Source of the DNA: an uncultured virus (IMG/VR IMGVR_UViG_3300025128_000023) | Lineage: Duplodnaviria; Heunggongvirae; Uroviricota; Caudoviricetes | Virus record (IMG/VR): IMGVR_UViG_3300025128_000023 | DNA length: 64,000 nucleotides | Direction: 5' to 3' (one strand) | In this document: positions 56,053 through 64,000 of the stretch, one piece after another | How positions within the stretch are numbered: the stretch's first letter is position 1 | Layout: each line of letters opens with the position of its first letter | Translations under genes and position numbers: made by a program | The notes under the pieces: generated by a model | The model's input: the letters and a program-made list of their open reading frames with translations, nothing else | Databases searched by the model: none | Told to the model about the DNA's origin: nothing

Positions 56053-58461
56053 TTAAAATGGGAAGTCTGATTGTTCTTCCAGTTTATGTTTACTTATAAA
56101 TCTAATCCATTTTCCTGGATTATCTCTTCCTTCTTGTGGTGCACATTCCCATTTAAACTCTGCGAAAGCACACAACCATTTGTAGAATCTTCTACGAGGT
56201 ACTGTCATCTTAGACTTTGGAGCAAAGTCAGGGTTCTCTTCTATAAAATCTAAATACAAATCATTCAGAAATATCTTGGTGTTTAACACCAACTTGTCGT
56301 TGACTGTACCACCTACAACACCACACCATTCAATAAACTCGTGGCATGTTTCGGCAGATAATTTTCTAACCTTCAAGTTAACAAAATCACTTTGGATTAA
56401 TCCATACTGCAAGTAGAGTTGAAGACATTCAATCATAAACACATCGAACTGACACCACTCCTCATCATCCCATTCACCAAACATCATCTTGCCAAACTCT
56501 TTTAATGGAGTAAAATCTTTCGTATAATACTGGGCTAATTCTAACTCCCACTTTCTTCTTTCGAAGGATGAGCCTTTACCTTTGATAGCATAGTTAGTTG
56601 TAATAGCTACCTTTGGACTCTTGGCAAATGGTATCTTAATTGCATCTTTGTTTTTCTTTTCAAGAGTTAATCCTTCTGTAACTACAGAGAATAATCTTTC
56701 AAAGTTAAAGTGTTTGCTTACATCATCAAAGCATAGTATCTGTGTGTCTGCACTAACTAACTGATATGCAAAGCTTCTTTCAAAGTTAAATGACTTACCA
56801 TCAATTACGACTACCTTCTTCATCTGTGATATCCCATTCATAAATAAACCCTTACCAGTACCCCCTTCTGGATTGTCTGATATAACCTCATCATTTAAGA
56901 TTGTAGCTGGGCAGTATGCTAAATTTTTATAAGCATGAAGTAGATATCCTATTGTAGATTTCATCGATCTGACTCTACTTTCATCTTGACCACATATGTT
57001 TGTAATAAAGGTACGATAATCACAAGCCTGTACCTCACACTCTGTAAACACTCTATCAATGACATGATCCTTCCATACATACCCCCCTATATCGAGGTAG
57101 TCTATGATGGTTAGAGCCTCATGCGAAATTTTTACAGCTCCATTTTTATAATATAAATATGCAGTGTCTTTATCATCTTCTATAAAGTACACATCTATAG
57201 AACTAAGCAAGGTCAAGAACTCCTCTCGAAAATACCTGGTGTTCTCTGCAAAGTAATTATAAATAGATAAGTCATCCATCTCTTGTAGATATTCTAAAAT
57301 AAAATCTTTGATTTCTTTTTCTGAGGTGTGGTCAATTAGATTGTTTGTTACCCTTACAAATACATAGTTCTTACTACCTTCAGGATTAAATTTATAAAAG
57401 CCATTCTCCTCTAAGAAATGTTTAAATAATATGTGTACTATTTTTATAGTACCCTTATCATTCTTAGTCCAAAACTTATGATTGGATTGTTCTTCCTCTA
57501 TCCTATTGATTACATTGTCTATTGTAACTTCATCTATTTCCTTCTCTTTTAATTGAGTTCTTATATCTTTTTTAGAGACACCTCTTTTTAGTTTATGTCT
57601 TATCTGATTTACTTTATCTTCATCTTCATAATACTTTTTGCCAAAGTTTTGTTGTTGAGCATATGCACTATCTATAGTTCTTTTAATTTCAGATCTGTCA
57701 AAGTTTCTTGACTCATATTGATTTAAAATATACTCTGCTAAGTTTTGATTAATACCATAATCATTGAAAGCTGCAGCCAATACATATGTGTGATGGTTTC
57801 TTTGCCCTTCATTCATAGGATATTTTTTCTCCCACCACTTAACTAATATCTCTACAATTTTATTTTCATCAGTGACTGGTATCGTTGCTTTATCTACATG
57901 CTTAATATACTCAGTGTATTCCTCTTCTTCTATTCTATCCCAAGTGCTTGATGTTTCATTTATAAATATAAGTGGATCATAAGATTCATAACACACCCTT
58001 GATATATTTTTACTGGTAGTGTCAAAGTTTGGAGACTTAAAATACTTTTCTAAACTTTTAAAATAATTAATATGTTGTTCAGGATCGGTAGGAATCTTCA
58101 CTAATGCTTTTAAACCCTTACCACTGGGAGATATAAATACTGAGTAGATATATTTATTTTTTGTTAGTCTTTCTTTTTCCTGGAGCATGTCTCGATTTGC
58201 ACCATACCCATCAAAGTCTAAGCAAATCAAACCACTGTGTTGATTTAGGGAGTTGTCATTTCGTTGAGTGAATGTTCCAGAAAAACATATAGATGGAAGG
58301 TTTTGTTTTAGTTTATTTCTTTGTTCCTTGTCCTTAGTGTTTCTTATCTTCTTAACTAATTCTTTGGAAGATCCATCTTTTATCCTTTGTAATATAACAT
58401 CAACTGATCTGTAGAAAGGCTGACTGGTATCTTTTATATCCTTGAAGATAGTTATGTTCAT
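56053..58461 (-). CDS. Primase-helicase (VirE-N/BT4734-like primase, PriCT-like region, P-loop ATPase)
   Basis: LP...FSG.F...HSGLICLDFD, FISPSGKGLK, GQRN, GGTGKG and CFDD motifs. Confidence 0.85.
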   Translation of the reverse strand: MNITIFKDIKDTSQPFYRSVDVILQRIKDGSSKELVKKIRNTKDKEQRNKLKQNLPSICFSGTFTQRNDNSLNQHSGLICLDFDGYGANRDMLQEKERLTKNKYIYSVFISPSGKGLKALVKIPTDPEQHINYFKSLEKYFKSPNFDTTSKNISRVCYESYDPLIFINETSSTWDRIEEEEYTEYIKHVDKATIPVTDENKIVEILVKWWEKKYPMNEGQRNHHTYVLAAAFNDYGINQNLAEYILNQYESRNFDRSEIKRTIDSAYAQQQNFGKKYYEDEDKVNQIRHKLKRGVSKKDIRTQLKEKEIDEVTIDNVINRIEEEQSNHKFWTKNDKGTIKIVHILFKHFLEENGFYKFNPEGSKNYVFVRVTNNLIDHTSEKEIKDFILEYLQEMDDLSIYNYFAENTRYFREEFLTLLSSIDVYFIEDDKDTAYLYYKNGAVKISHEALTIIDYLDIGGYVWKDHVIDRVFTECEVQACDYRTFITNICGQDESRVRSMKSTIGYLLHAYKNLAYCPATILNDEVISDNPEGGTGKGLFMNGISQMKKVVVIDGKSFNFERSFAYQLVSADTQILCFDDVSKHFNFERLFSVVTEGLTLEKKNKDAIKIPFAKSPKVAITTNYAIKGKGSSFERRKWELELAQYYTKDFTPLKEFGKMMFGEWDDEEWCQFDVFMIECLQLYLQYGLIQSDFVNLKVRKLSAETCHEFIEWCGVVGGTVNDKLVLNTKIFLNDLYLDFIEENPDFAPKSKMTVPRRRFYKWLCAFAEFKWECAPQEGRDNPGKWIRFISKHKLEEQSDFPF

Positions 58462-58462
58462 T

Positions 58463-58624
58463 CTGTGTTGATTTAATTAAAGTTAATTTACTGACAATCA
58501 ATACTTTATATTTATTTGTGTTGATTGTGTTGAAAATATGTTAAAAAATATATAGAATAAAAATATTAAAAAAATATTTATTCTGATGTGTGAAAAGTGA
58601 AATTTTTATAACACAATTAACACA
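58463..58624. repeat. Iteron-like GTGTTGA/TAACAC array, origin-like element copy 2
   Basis: GTGTTGA at 58465, 58518 and 58527; TAACACAATTAACACA 58609-58624. Confidence 0.65.
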
Positions 58625-58630
58625 AGATGC

Positions 58631-58654
58631 AAAAAAAAGGGGAGATTACTCCCC
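58631..58654 (-). terminator. Rho-independent terminator
   Basis: GGGGAG-TAAT-CTCCCC followed by T8 on the minus strand. Confidence 0.75.
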
Positions 58655-58688
58655 AATTCATTGCACGCCTTTCGACTACCAAACAATC

Positions 58689-58964
58689 TTAAAATGGTAA
58701 GTCAGTTCGTGTGTCTGACTCTGCCACAGCTTGTGGTTGCTCTTTAGTCTCTCCTTGTGGTTTAGGTACAAATTGATCTAACTCCACATAAGGTTTACCT
58801 GAAGATGCAGTTAAAACATTTAGGTTAACCCAACCATTTCGAGCATTACTTTTAAGAAAAGGAATTGCATCCTCTACCTTAACACTTAAATTTCCGATTA
58901 CAAAATCGGGAGCATTTTCTCTTCTCTTGAAGGAAAAGCCATCTGCAAAAACTTTGTCTGCCAT
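58689..58964 (-). CDS. Putative ssDNA-binding protein
   Basis: APDFVIG...GWVNL...KPY.ELD; acidic DLPF C-terminus; next to the annealase and exonuclease. Confidence 0.6.
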   Translation of the reverse strand: MADKVFADGFSFKRRENAPDFVIGNLSVKVEDAIPFLKSNARNGWVNLNVLTASSGKPYVELDQFVPKPQGETKEQPQAVAESDTRTDLPF

Positions 58965-59111
58965 AATTATCTAATTTTAATATTACTCTCCAAGTGTTCA
59001 ATAGTAGCCAGGATGATTTCATCCTTCTCTTGTCTACTTTCACAGATGCTTGGAGTTTCCATCTGTATTATCTTCTTTCCATAGATTCTCTGTTTTAAGT
59101 TAAGACATAAC

Positions 59112-59849
59112 TTACAGAGTTTGTCTATGAATGTACGAATTAATATCATCGTTAGCCTCATCACTAAAAAATTTATTATATATTTCTGTTGCTTGTTCTA
59201 CTTTTCGTTGCCCCGATCTGAGAAATTCAGAAGAGCAATCATATATACCTAACCTGGTAGTGTTCTTACATATAACAAAGAACACCATTGGTTTACCAAA
59301 CATTCTTTGATACAGATATGCTTGACTATCATAATTATAGGTCTTAGCCGAGTACATAAATTTATCGATGTCCGAGCTGGTCTTAATGTCAATAAGATAT
59401 TCTGAATGTACGATATCAGCTTTACCTTTCCACCAATTACCCATAATTTGCTCTACTTGGGGCACTTCATATTCATTGCCCTCTGCATAAATAAAATCAT
59501 ACATCTCCAGGTTACCTTTCATCTTCTCGACCAGTGCATCGATGTGCTCTGCTTCGTGCCTTAACAAAAGTATGTCATCTTTTGGACACATTTCTTTGTA
59601 GGCTTTAGTCGATCTTGATGCAACATCTACGATTTGATAATCTTTAACTTTGTCAGGCTCAATCATACAAGCATGAAAGTAAGATCCTTGAATCATTGGC
59701 TTTGTCGTAAGTTGTGGTACTCTAAATTGTGTAGGATTTTTAAGTAGATATATTATGTCAGAGTTTGACAAATATTGTTTGCCATACTTACCATAATAAA
59801 ACTCATCATTCTTTAGTTTGTCTAAGGCTTGTGCTATAGGCTCTATCAT
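59112..59849 (-). CDS. RecE/ExoVIII-like PD-(D/E)XK exonuclease (DUF3799-like)
   Basis: LSNS, GS.FH...EP, KGKADI...IDIKT, Y..QAYLY. Confidence 0.85.
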   Translation of the reverse strand: MIEPIAQALDKLKNDEFYYGKYGKQYLSNSDIIYLLKNPTQFRVPQLTTKPMIQGSYFHACMIEPDKVKDYQIVDVASRSTKAYKEMCPKDDILLLRHEAEHIDALVEKMKGNLEMYDFIYAEGNEYEVPQVEQIMGNWWKGKADIVHSEYLIDIKTSSDIDKFMYSAKTYNYDSQAYLYQRMFGKPMVFFVICKNTTRLGIYDCSSEFLRSGQRKVEQATEIYNKFFSDEANDDINSYIHRQTL

Positions 59850-60439
59850 TATTTCAAATGTTTACCGAGTTCCTTCTTTACCGTAGTAGTAACCTTATAT
59901 TTAGTTGAAAGGTTTTTAACTATAGCACTCAGACCTAACTCTTTGTTAGCAACAACATACTTCAATACCTTATCCCAGTTATCATCATCTACTTGTAACT
60001 CATAAGTTACATTCTTTGGTTGAGAGATTTTTTTCTCAGTAGCACTTATAACATCTTCTCCAACCCATAAAGACAATCCTAATCCATGCATTGCCACTGC
60101 CTTAGCAGTAGACCTTTGAATAGCAGTGTTAACATCCATAGATGTAATCTTTTCTATTCTGATTGAATTGTTTCTGAAATCCATTATAGGTAGGTAATCG
60201 ATATGCTCTATATCATTTATAGTAATACCGACTTTAACATAAGCAGTTCTGCCATCAGTAAAAAAGTTCAAGCCAGTAGCCTGATCCTCATAAACATTTC
60301 TTTGTGCATTGGGATATCTTAATTTAACGAATGCCCAAGCATTAGCCCAAGATAAATAATCAAAGTTTCCTTTTTTCTCTACCTTATCTTTGATGTTGAC
60401 TTTAGCCAACTCTTCAAAATAATTGTTTTGTTTTGCCAT
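59849..60439 (-). CDS. Sak3/DUF1071-like single-strand annealing protein
   Basis: YLSWANAW, LPIMDFRN, QRS.AKA.AMHGLGL...GED. Confidence 0.85.
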   Translation of the reverse strand: MAKQNNYFEELAKVNIKDKVEKKGNFDYLSWANAWAFVKLRYPNAQRNVYEDQATGLNFFTDGRTAYVKVGITINDIEHIDYLPIMDFRNNSIRIEKITSMDVNTAIQRSTAKAVAMHGLGLSLWVGEDVISATEKKISQPKNVTYELQVDDDNWDKVLKYVVANKELGLSAIVKNLSTKYKVTTTVKKELGKHLK

Positions 60440-60445
60440 TTAATT

Positions 60446-60841
60446 TTAATTTAATTGATTTAACTTCTGTTTTAATTTAGTATACTTATTTAGTATATTT
60501 TCTCTTCTGTTTTTTAAGTTCTGTATATGCTTATCATTCTTCCTGGTGTTAACCTCAGTCTTAATTTTATCTTCAATCAATCCCAACTTAAACAAGCAGT
60601 TTGATATGGATAAATTAACAGAGCCTCTTCTCCAACCACCATGATAGAAGATATTATACTCATCTTCATCTAATATCTTATAGTAGTCTCCACCCTTATT
60701 CATATTGAGCATCTCAATCCTATCTCCAAATCTTTGCATCCTCACACCCGATCCGATAATCAACTCTCCCTTTGGGACTTGTTGTAGGACCGCCGATGCA
60801 TCCCCAAGTGCTTGTAACCATATCTCTTCTAAACTATACAC
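60446..60841 (-). CDS. Hypothetical protein
   Basis: ORF. Confidence 0.75.
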   Translation of the reverse strand: MYSLEEIWLQALGDASAVLQQVPKGELIIGSGVRMQRFGDRIEMLNMNKGGDYYKILDEDEYNIFYHGGWRRGSVNLSISNCLFKLGLIEDKIKTEVNTRKNDKHIQNLKNRRENILNKYTKLKQKLNQLN

Positions 60842-61130
60842 TCTCTTTTATTTTATTAACCAAGTGTTTGTAGTCAGGATCGTTGTCTATAAGTTTCTTT
60901 GCTCTTTCATATCCATGAAGGATAGAACTCATAGGAACATCATAGCCATGATCCTCTAAATAAGACTTAATAAATGTAAGTCTAATTGGTCGTTCCATAC
61001 ATAGCAGATATAATATCTGTCGTGCATCAACTTGGTTTCTTCTTTTAGATTTTTCGAACAACTTGTCCATTTCTAAATGAAATGCCTTCGCTACAGCTTT
61101 AGCATACTTTTCGAATATTTCTCTTTTCAT
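60834..61130 (-). CDS. DnaA domain IV-like HTH protein
   Basis: VAKAF...KSKRRNQVDARQILYLLC...SSILHG. Confidence 0.7.
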   Translation of the reverse strand: MKREIFEKYAKAVAKAFHLEMDKLFEKSKRRNQVDARQILYLLCMERPIRLTFIKSYLEDHGYDVPMSSILHGYERAKKLIDNDPDYKHLVNKIKESV

Positions 61131-61456
61131 TTAAATTCTTTTAATTTTTCTCGTTTTGATTCTAATAACTTATCTTTAATTACTTGGTCCTCTTTTAATA
61201 TTTGTACTTTAAGCAGAATTAAATATCCAATCAAATCTTTAAGTGTGTCCTCTGACTTCAAAGGATCATCAAAACCTAACTTCTTGATTCTACTTAACTT
61301 GTCATCTATTCGTGCCAAGATTCCTTCCTTAGCCGATAGCTTACTAAATATTTGTGGAGGATGATTGGCAGTGTCTCCATAGTTCTTGTTCTTTTCTATA
61401 AGTAACATCACTACTTCTCTTCCCACTTCTTTTATAAAGTCTGCAGTATTTTTCAT
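61127..61456 (-). CDS. Nucleotide modification associated domain 1 (DUF1599-like) protein
   Basis: KNKNYG...RIDDKLSRI...EDTLKDLIGY; start moved to ATG 61456. Confidence 0.75.
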   Translation of the reverse strand: MKNTADFIKEVGREVVMLLIEKNKNYGDTANHPPQIFSKLSAKEGILARIDDKLSRIKKLGFDDPLKSEDTLKDLIGYLILLKVQILKEDQVIKDKLLESKREKLKEFK

Positions 61457-61623
61457 TGTGTAAATAAAATTAGTAATAATGTTAAGACTAAACAAACAAA
61501 GGAGAAAGTAAACAACTTCATGTCTCTTGTATATCTCTGATCAGACTTGCCTTGTCTACTTCTAAATAGCCTTACTTTTTTTCTTTTCAGAATCTCCTTA
61601 CCCTCATTTATATAATGTTTCAT
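61453..61623 (-). CDS. Small membrane protein (56 aa)
   Basis: Manual translation ...FRSRQGKSDQRY...LFTFSFVCLVLTLLLILFTQ; ATGA overlaps at both ends. Confidence 0.6.
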   Translation of the reverse strand: MKHYINEGKEILKRKKVRLFRSRQGKSDQRYTRDMKLFTFSFVCLVLTLLLILFTQ

Positions 61624-61805
61624 TTTTTTGTTCTTAGCTTTTTAATAATTCTTATTGCTTGTTTCATTTTTTTGTCCAGGTGGTTTTCTAAAGCCTCTAC
61701 CCTGTGCACTAAAAAATTGATACGATCTTCGTTGTAATTCATAGCTTCTTTAAGTTTTTTGTTTTCGTTATATATTTTATCTATACTACTCATCTTTAAA
61801 TCCAT
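61620..61805 (-). CDS. Small coiled-coil protein
   Basis: ORF. Confidence 0.6.
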   Translation of the reverse strand: MDLKMSSIDKIYNENKKLKEAMNYNEDRINFLVHRVEALENHLDKKMKQAIRIIKKLRTKK

Positions 61806-61977
61806 ATACTATCCAGGACTTATCAGTTTCGCCTATGGCATCACTGATCCACCATTCATTATTTCTATTATTGAAATACTCAATCTCACTCATTAAGTGA
61901 TCTTGCTCAAACTCTTTCGAGATAATTACTTTGCCACTGTCCTTGACAGACCAAAGCTGTGTAAATAGGTCTTCCAT
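61786..61977 (-). CDS. Hypothetical early protein
   Basis: ORF. Confidence 0.6.
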   Translation of the reverse strand: MEDLFTQLWSVKDSGKVIISKEFEQDHLMSEIEYFNNRNNEWWISDAIGETDKSWIVYGFKDE

Positions 61978-62266
61978 CTACCACCACAAGCCCACACCTT
62001 TTGAGTGTGAGCTGGGCAGTTCTAAACTAACTAATTATAACACTTGATCCATAAGTAGACTAAATAAAGTAGTGTGGATCATCACTATCTTTATCGCTTT
62101 TATATTCTTTAATAGGAAAAAGGTCTGACAGAAATTTGTCAAAGACTTTCTCTTGGTACTTTATCAAGTTAGCTTGATTGTTCTTACTTTGTTTTGATTT
62201 AACCATAGATTTAATTTTAATTATAACACACTTGCAAATAAAAGGAATTTCTAAATCAATTCCAAA

Positions 62267-62452
62267 TTATTTCTTTTTAAATTTTATTATTTCAAAATTT
62301 TTAGCCCCAAAGGGTGCTTGTTGTTCTGCTTTTTGAATGGCTTGTCGAGGACTTATTGCCTCGACTTCCACTCTATCGTAATCGTAGCCACAATCTTCAT
62401 CTCCATGAAAATGCAGAAACCAATACTCAACTATATATTCCTTTATTGGCAT
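62267..62452 (-). CDS. Hypothetical early protein
   Basis: ORF; VEA.S...AI..A motif. Confidence 0.65.
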   Translation of the reverse strand: MPIKEYIVEYWFLHFHGDEDCGYDYDRVEVEAISPRQAIQKAEQQAPFGAKNFEIIKFKKK

Positions 62453-62841
62453 AATCCAGTCCCCCTTGTTATTCCAGTTTGAACAAACTCCATAACCTCT
62501 ATCTCATTGTGCTCTATATTGATTGTGCCCATATCATCAAACTCTTCTCCCCTCCATCTCACACGACCAGTGATTGAAAGGTTGTTGGGTTTGAAGAAAT
62601 ACTTTATTAAGTATTCTAACCAATCGATGTAGCTATAAAACTTCTCGCCCCCATCCCATATTAAATAATGAGTGTCGGCATATTCTTCTACAATCCATTG
62701 TAGCCATATTGAAGGCTTTCCATTTGGTTGATAACCATCTTCGTGCCTTGTTTCATAAAGAGTGTTCATTGCTTTTAACTCTTTCTTTGTCAGTTTACGA
62801 TTAAATTCAAACTGACCATCAAATTCTGTTGTATATCCCAT
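62443..62841 (-). CDS. Phage hypothetical protein
   Basis: MGYTTEF.G...WDGGEKFY.Y..WL.YLI...G.V.W.GE. Confidence 0.8.
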   Translation of the reverse strand: MGYTTEFDGQFEFNRKLTKKELKAMNTLYETRHEDGYQPNGKPSIWLQWIVEEYADTHYLIWDGGEKFYSYIDWLEYLIKYFFKPNNLSITGRVRWRGEEFDDMGTINIEHNEIEVMEFVQTGITRGTGLCQ

Positions 62842-62843
62842 AA

Positions 62844-63236
62844 TTATAAATTTTTATATTGTTTTAATTGATTATTAACTGAGTCCAGGAGATAGGTTGT
62901 TACCTCCGATTGCAGATCTGCAACATAGTCCCAAAAGTATTCAAGATGGTTGTCCAGATCCTCTACAGCTTTAAGACTAAGATTAGGATCATGCTCTCGG
63001 ATGTCTCCTAAAATTCTCATCACATAAGTATTTAATTCATTTTGAAGAAAATCTATTGGCTTCTTGTCATAGTTATGCAAGTGTGTCCACTCTATATTAA
63101 AGGTCAACAAACTTTCGTAGTCTTCCTTTTCTCTATATGAGTTGTGGTCTTCTAACCACTTATCGACATCATTTGTTACTCCTACTATATACTCTCTCCC
63201 AGTGGATTCAGTATATTTAATTATTGCTATTTTCAT
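62844..63236 (-). CDS. Hypothetical early protein
   Basis: ORF. Confidence 0.7.
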   Translation of the reverse strand: MKIAIIKYTESTGREYIVGVTNDVDKWLEDHNSYREKEDYESLLTFNIEWTHLHNYDKKPIDFLQNELNTYVMRILGDIREHDPNLSLKAVEDLDNHLEYFWDYVADLQSEVTTYLLDSVNNQLKQYKNL

Positions 63237-63247
63237 ATTAATTTAAA

Positions 63248-63463
63248 TTAATTTTTAATTATTTCAGTTACCTCTTCAATCTCCAAGTCTAACTCACTTG
63301 CCACATAATTAATGTGCTTTTGAGTTGTTTGAGACCAGTAGCCCAGTTGATAAAGTTTGTTATTAACTCCATCAATCTGAGCCACTCTCGTTGAATAAGA
63401 GTAGATGTCATCACCTACTCTTGTCAAGTTCGCTTTGTATTTGTCAAATTTTTCTATTGCCAT
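63248..63463 (-). CDS. Small phage early protein
   Basis: SYST.VA...(Y/W)S.TT.KHIN motif. Confidence 0.75.
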   Translation of the reverse strand: MAIEKFDKYKANLTRVGDDIYSYSTRVAQIDGVNNKLYQLGYWSQTTQKHINYVASELDLEIEEVTEIIKN

Positions 63464-63473
63464 ATCCTTTAAT

Positions 63474-63602
63474 TTAAATTGTTATACCTAAAAAGAATAC
63501 TGCATAAGACATATACACAATGCCAAAGCATGCTAATGTTCCCAAGATCCAAGCTACTCCCATAAAGAAGTAGTGTGTAATAATACTGATTTGATTTTTC
63601 AT
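63474..63602 (-). CDS. Small membrane protein (42 aa)
   Basis: Manual translation MKNQISIITHYFFMGVAWILGTLACFGIVYMSYAVFFLGITI. Confidence 0.6.
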   Translation of the reverse strand: MKNQISIITHYFFMGVAWILGTLACFGIVYMSYAVFFLGITI

Positions 63603-63621
63603 AAATTTAATTTTTAATTAT

Positions 63622-63698
63622 ACATTGACTTTCATTTGAAGGGGAGGCAACCTCCCCCATTTAAGTTTCGCCTTGCTCTCAAAGGCTCATCAGAATGT
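63622..63698 (-). ncRNA. Type I hammerhead ribozyme (canonical core)
   Basis: Minus strand reads ACAUU-CUGAUGA-GCCUU UGAGAGC AAGGC-GAAA-CUU...GGGGAGG UUG CCUCCCC...AAG-UC-AAUGU; GUC cleavage site. Confidence 0.92.
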
Positions 63699-63700
63699 TT

Positions 63701-63844
63701 CTAATCGTAAAATTTGTGACCTTGATTCTCGTGCCAACTATTAAAGGCATTTGGATATTCTCTCATCACATAGTTGTGAAGGTCCATCAACTCCTCGATT
63801 TCTTGTATCAATTCTTTTTTACTCATCTTTTTATAGTAATTCAT
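63701..63844 (-). CDS. Small hypothetical protein (47 aa)
   Basis: Manual translation MNYYKKMSKKELIQEIEELMDLHNYVMREYPNAFNSWHENQGHKFYD. Confidence 0.65.
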   Translation of the reverse strand: MNYYKKMSKKELIQEIEELMDLHNYVMREYPNAFNSWHENQGHKFYD

Positions 63845-63854
63845 ATTTATAGTT

Positions 63855-64000
63855 TTAAAATAATTCTTCTTGTGTTTTTTCCCACTTATCTATCTCAGAT
63901 CTGATCTGAGATTCTTGATCAAGAATATCTTTACAATATTCTATCAAGTCTTTTAGTGATTCTATTTCACTATCGGAGGTTGTTTCATAGTCTATGAAGT
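63855..64000 (-). CDS. Hypothetical protein, 3' part only
   Basis: Open frame ...FIDYETTSDSEIESLKDLIEYCKDILDQ...EELF*. Confidence 0.55.
   Translation of the reverse strand, partial: FIDYETTSDSEIESLKDLIEYCKDILDQESQIRSEIDKWEKTQEELF

Noticed and set aside
58967..59164. 65-aa minus-strand ORF
   Set aside because: Overlaps the exonuclease gene; at most a short ORF from an internal ATG, not supportable
63641..63657. GGGGAGG-CAA-CCTCCCC hairpin as a stand-alone terminator
   Set aside because: No proper U-tract; better explained as the stem III extension of the hammerhead
63695..63904. 69-aa plus-strand ORF
   Set aside because: Antisense to better-supported minus-strand genes
63855..64000. The partial ORF at the right end is frame-compatible with the partial ORF at 1-250, suggesting the window is the whole circular genome
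   Set aside because: One-in-three chance coincidence; no terminal overlap is seen and the window length is arbitrary
1..64000. tRNA, rRNA, integrase, DNA polymerase, RNA polymerase or stop-codon recoding
   Set aside because: None recognised by eye; long ORFs are intact in the standard code. A tRNAscan/Infernal run is needed to exclude small RNAs

Overview
The window is most of the genome of a tailed dsDNA phage, probably podovirus-like and infecting Bacteroidota (Flavobacteria). Evidence for the host: repeated TAnnTTTG -7 promoters, A-rich leaders without Shine-Dalgarno sequences, and low GC. The plus strand (~1.4-51.4 kb) carries GroEL/GroES, about 15 small Lys/Arg-rich proteins, a secreted/outer-membrane module, M15 endolysin and holin, tail fibres with S74 chaperones, terminase, portal, scaffold, major capsid, tail proteins and ejection proteins. 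The last ejection protein is 2834 aa and has an embedded DNA amino-methyltransferase. The minus strand (51.4-64 kb and 1-0.9 kb) carries early and replication genes: primase-helicase, SF2 helicase, C5 methylase, RecE-like nuclease, Sak3-like annealase, two DnaA-domain-IV proteins and an Ocr-like protein. The most notable signal is two type I hammerhead ribozymes on the early strand (63622-63698 and 271-332). Each starts just after a stop codon and is predicted to cut 24-26 nt before the next start codon, suggesting self-processing of the early polycistronic mRNA. Also found: two overprinted alternative-frame ORFs, a duplicated origin-like element and a G-quadruplex motif. All calls come from reading motifs by eye; no searches were run.
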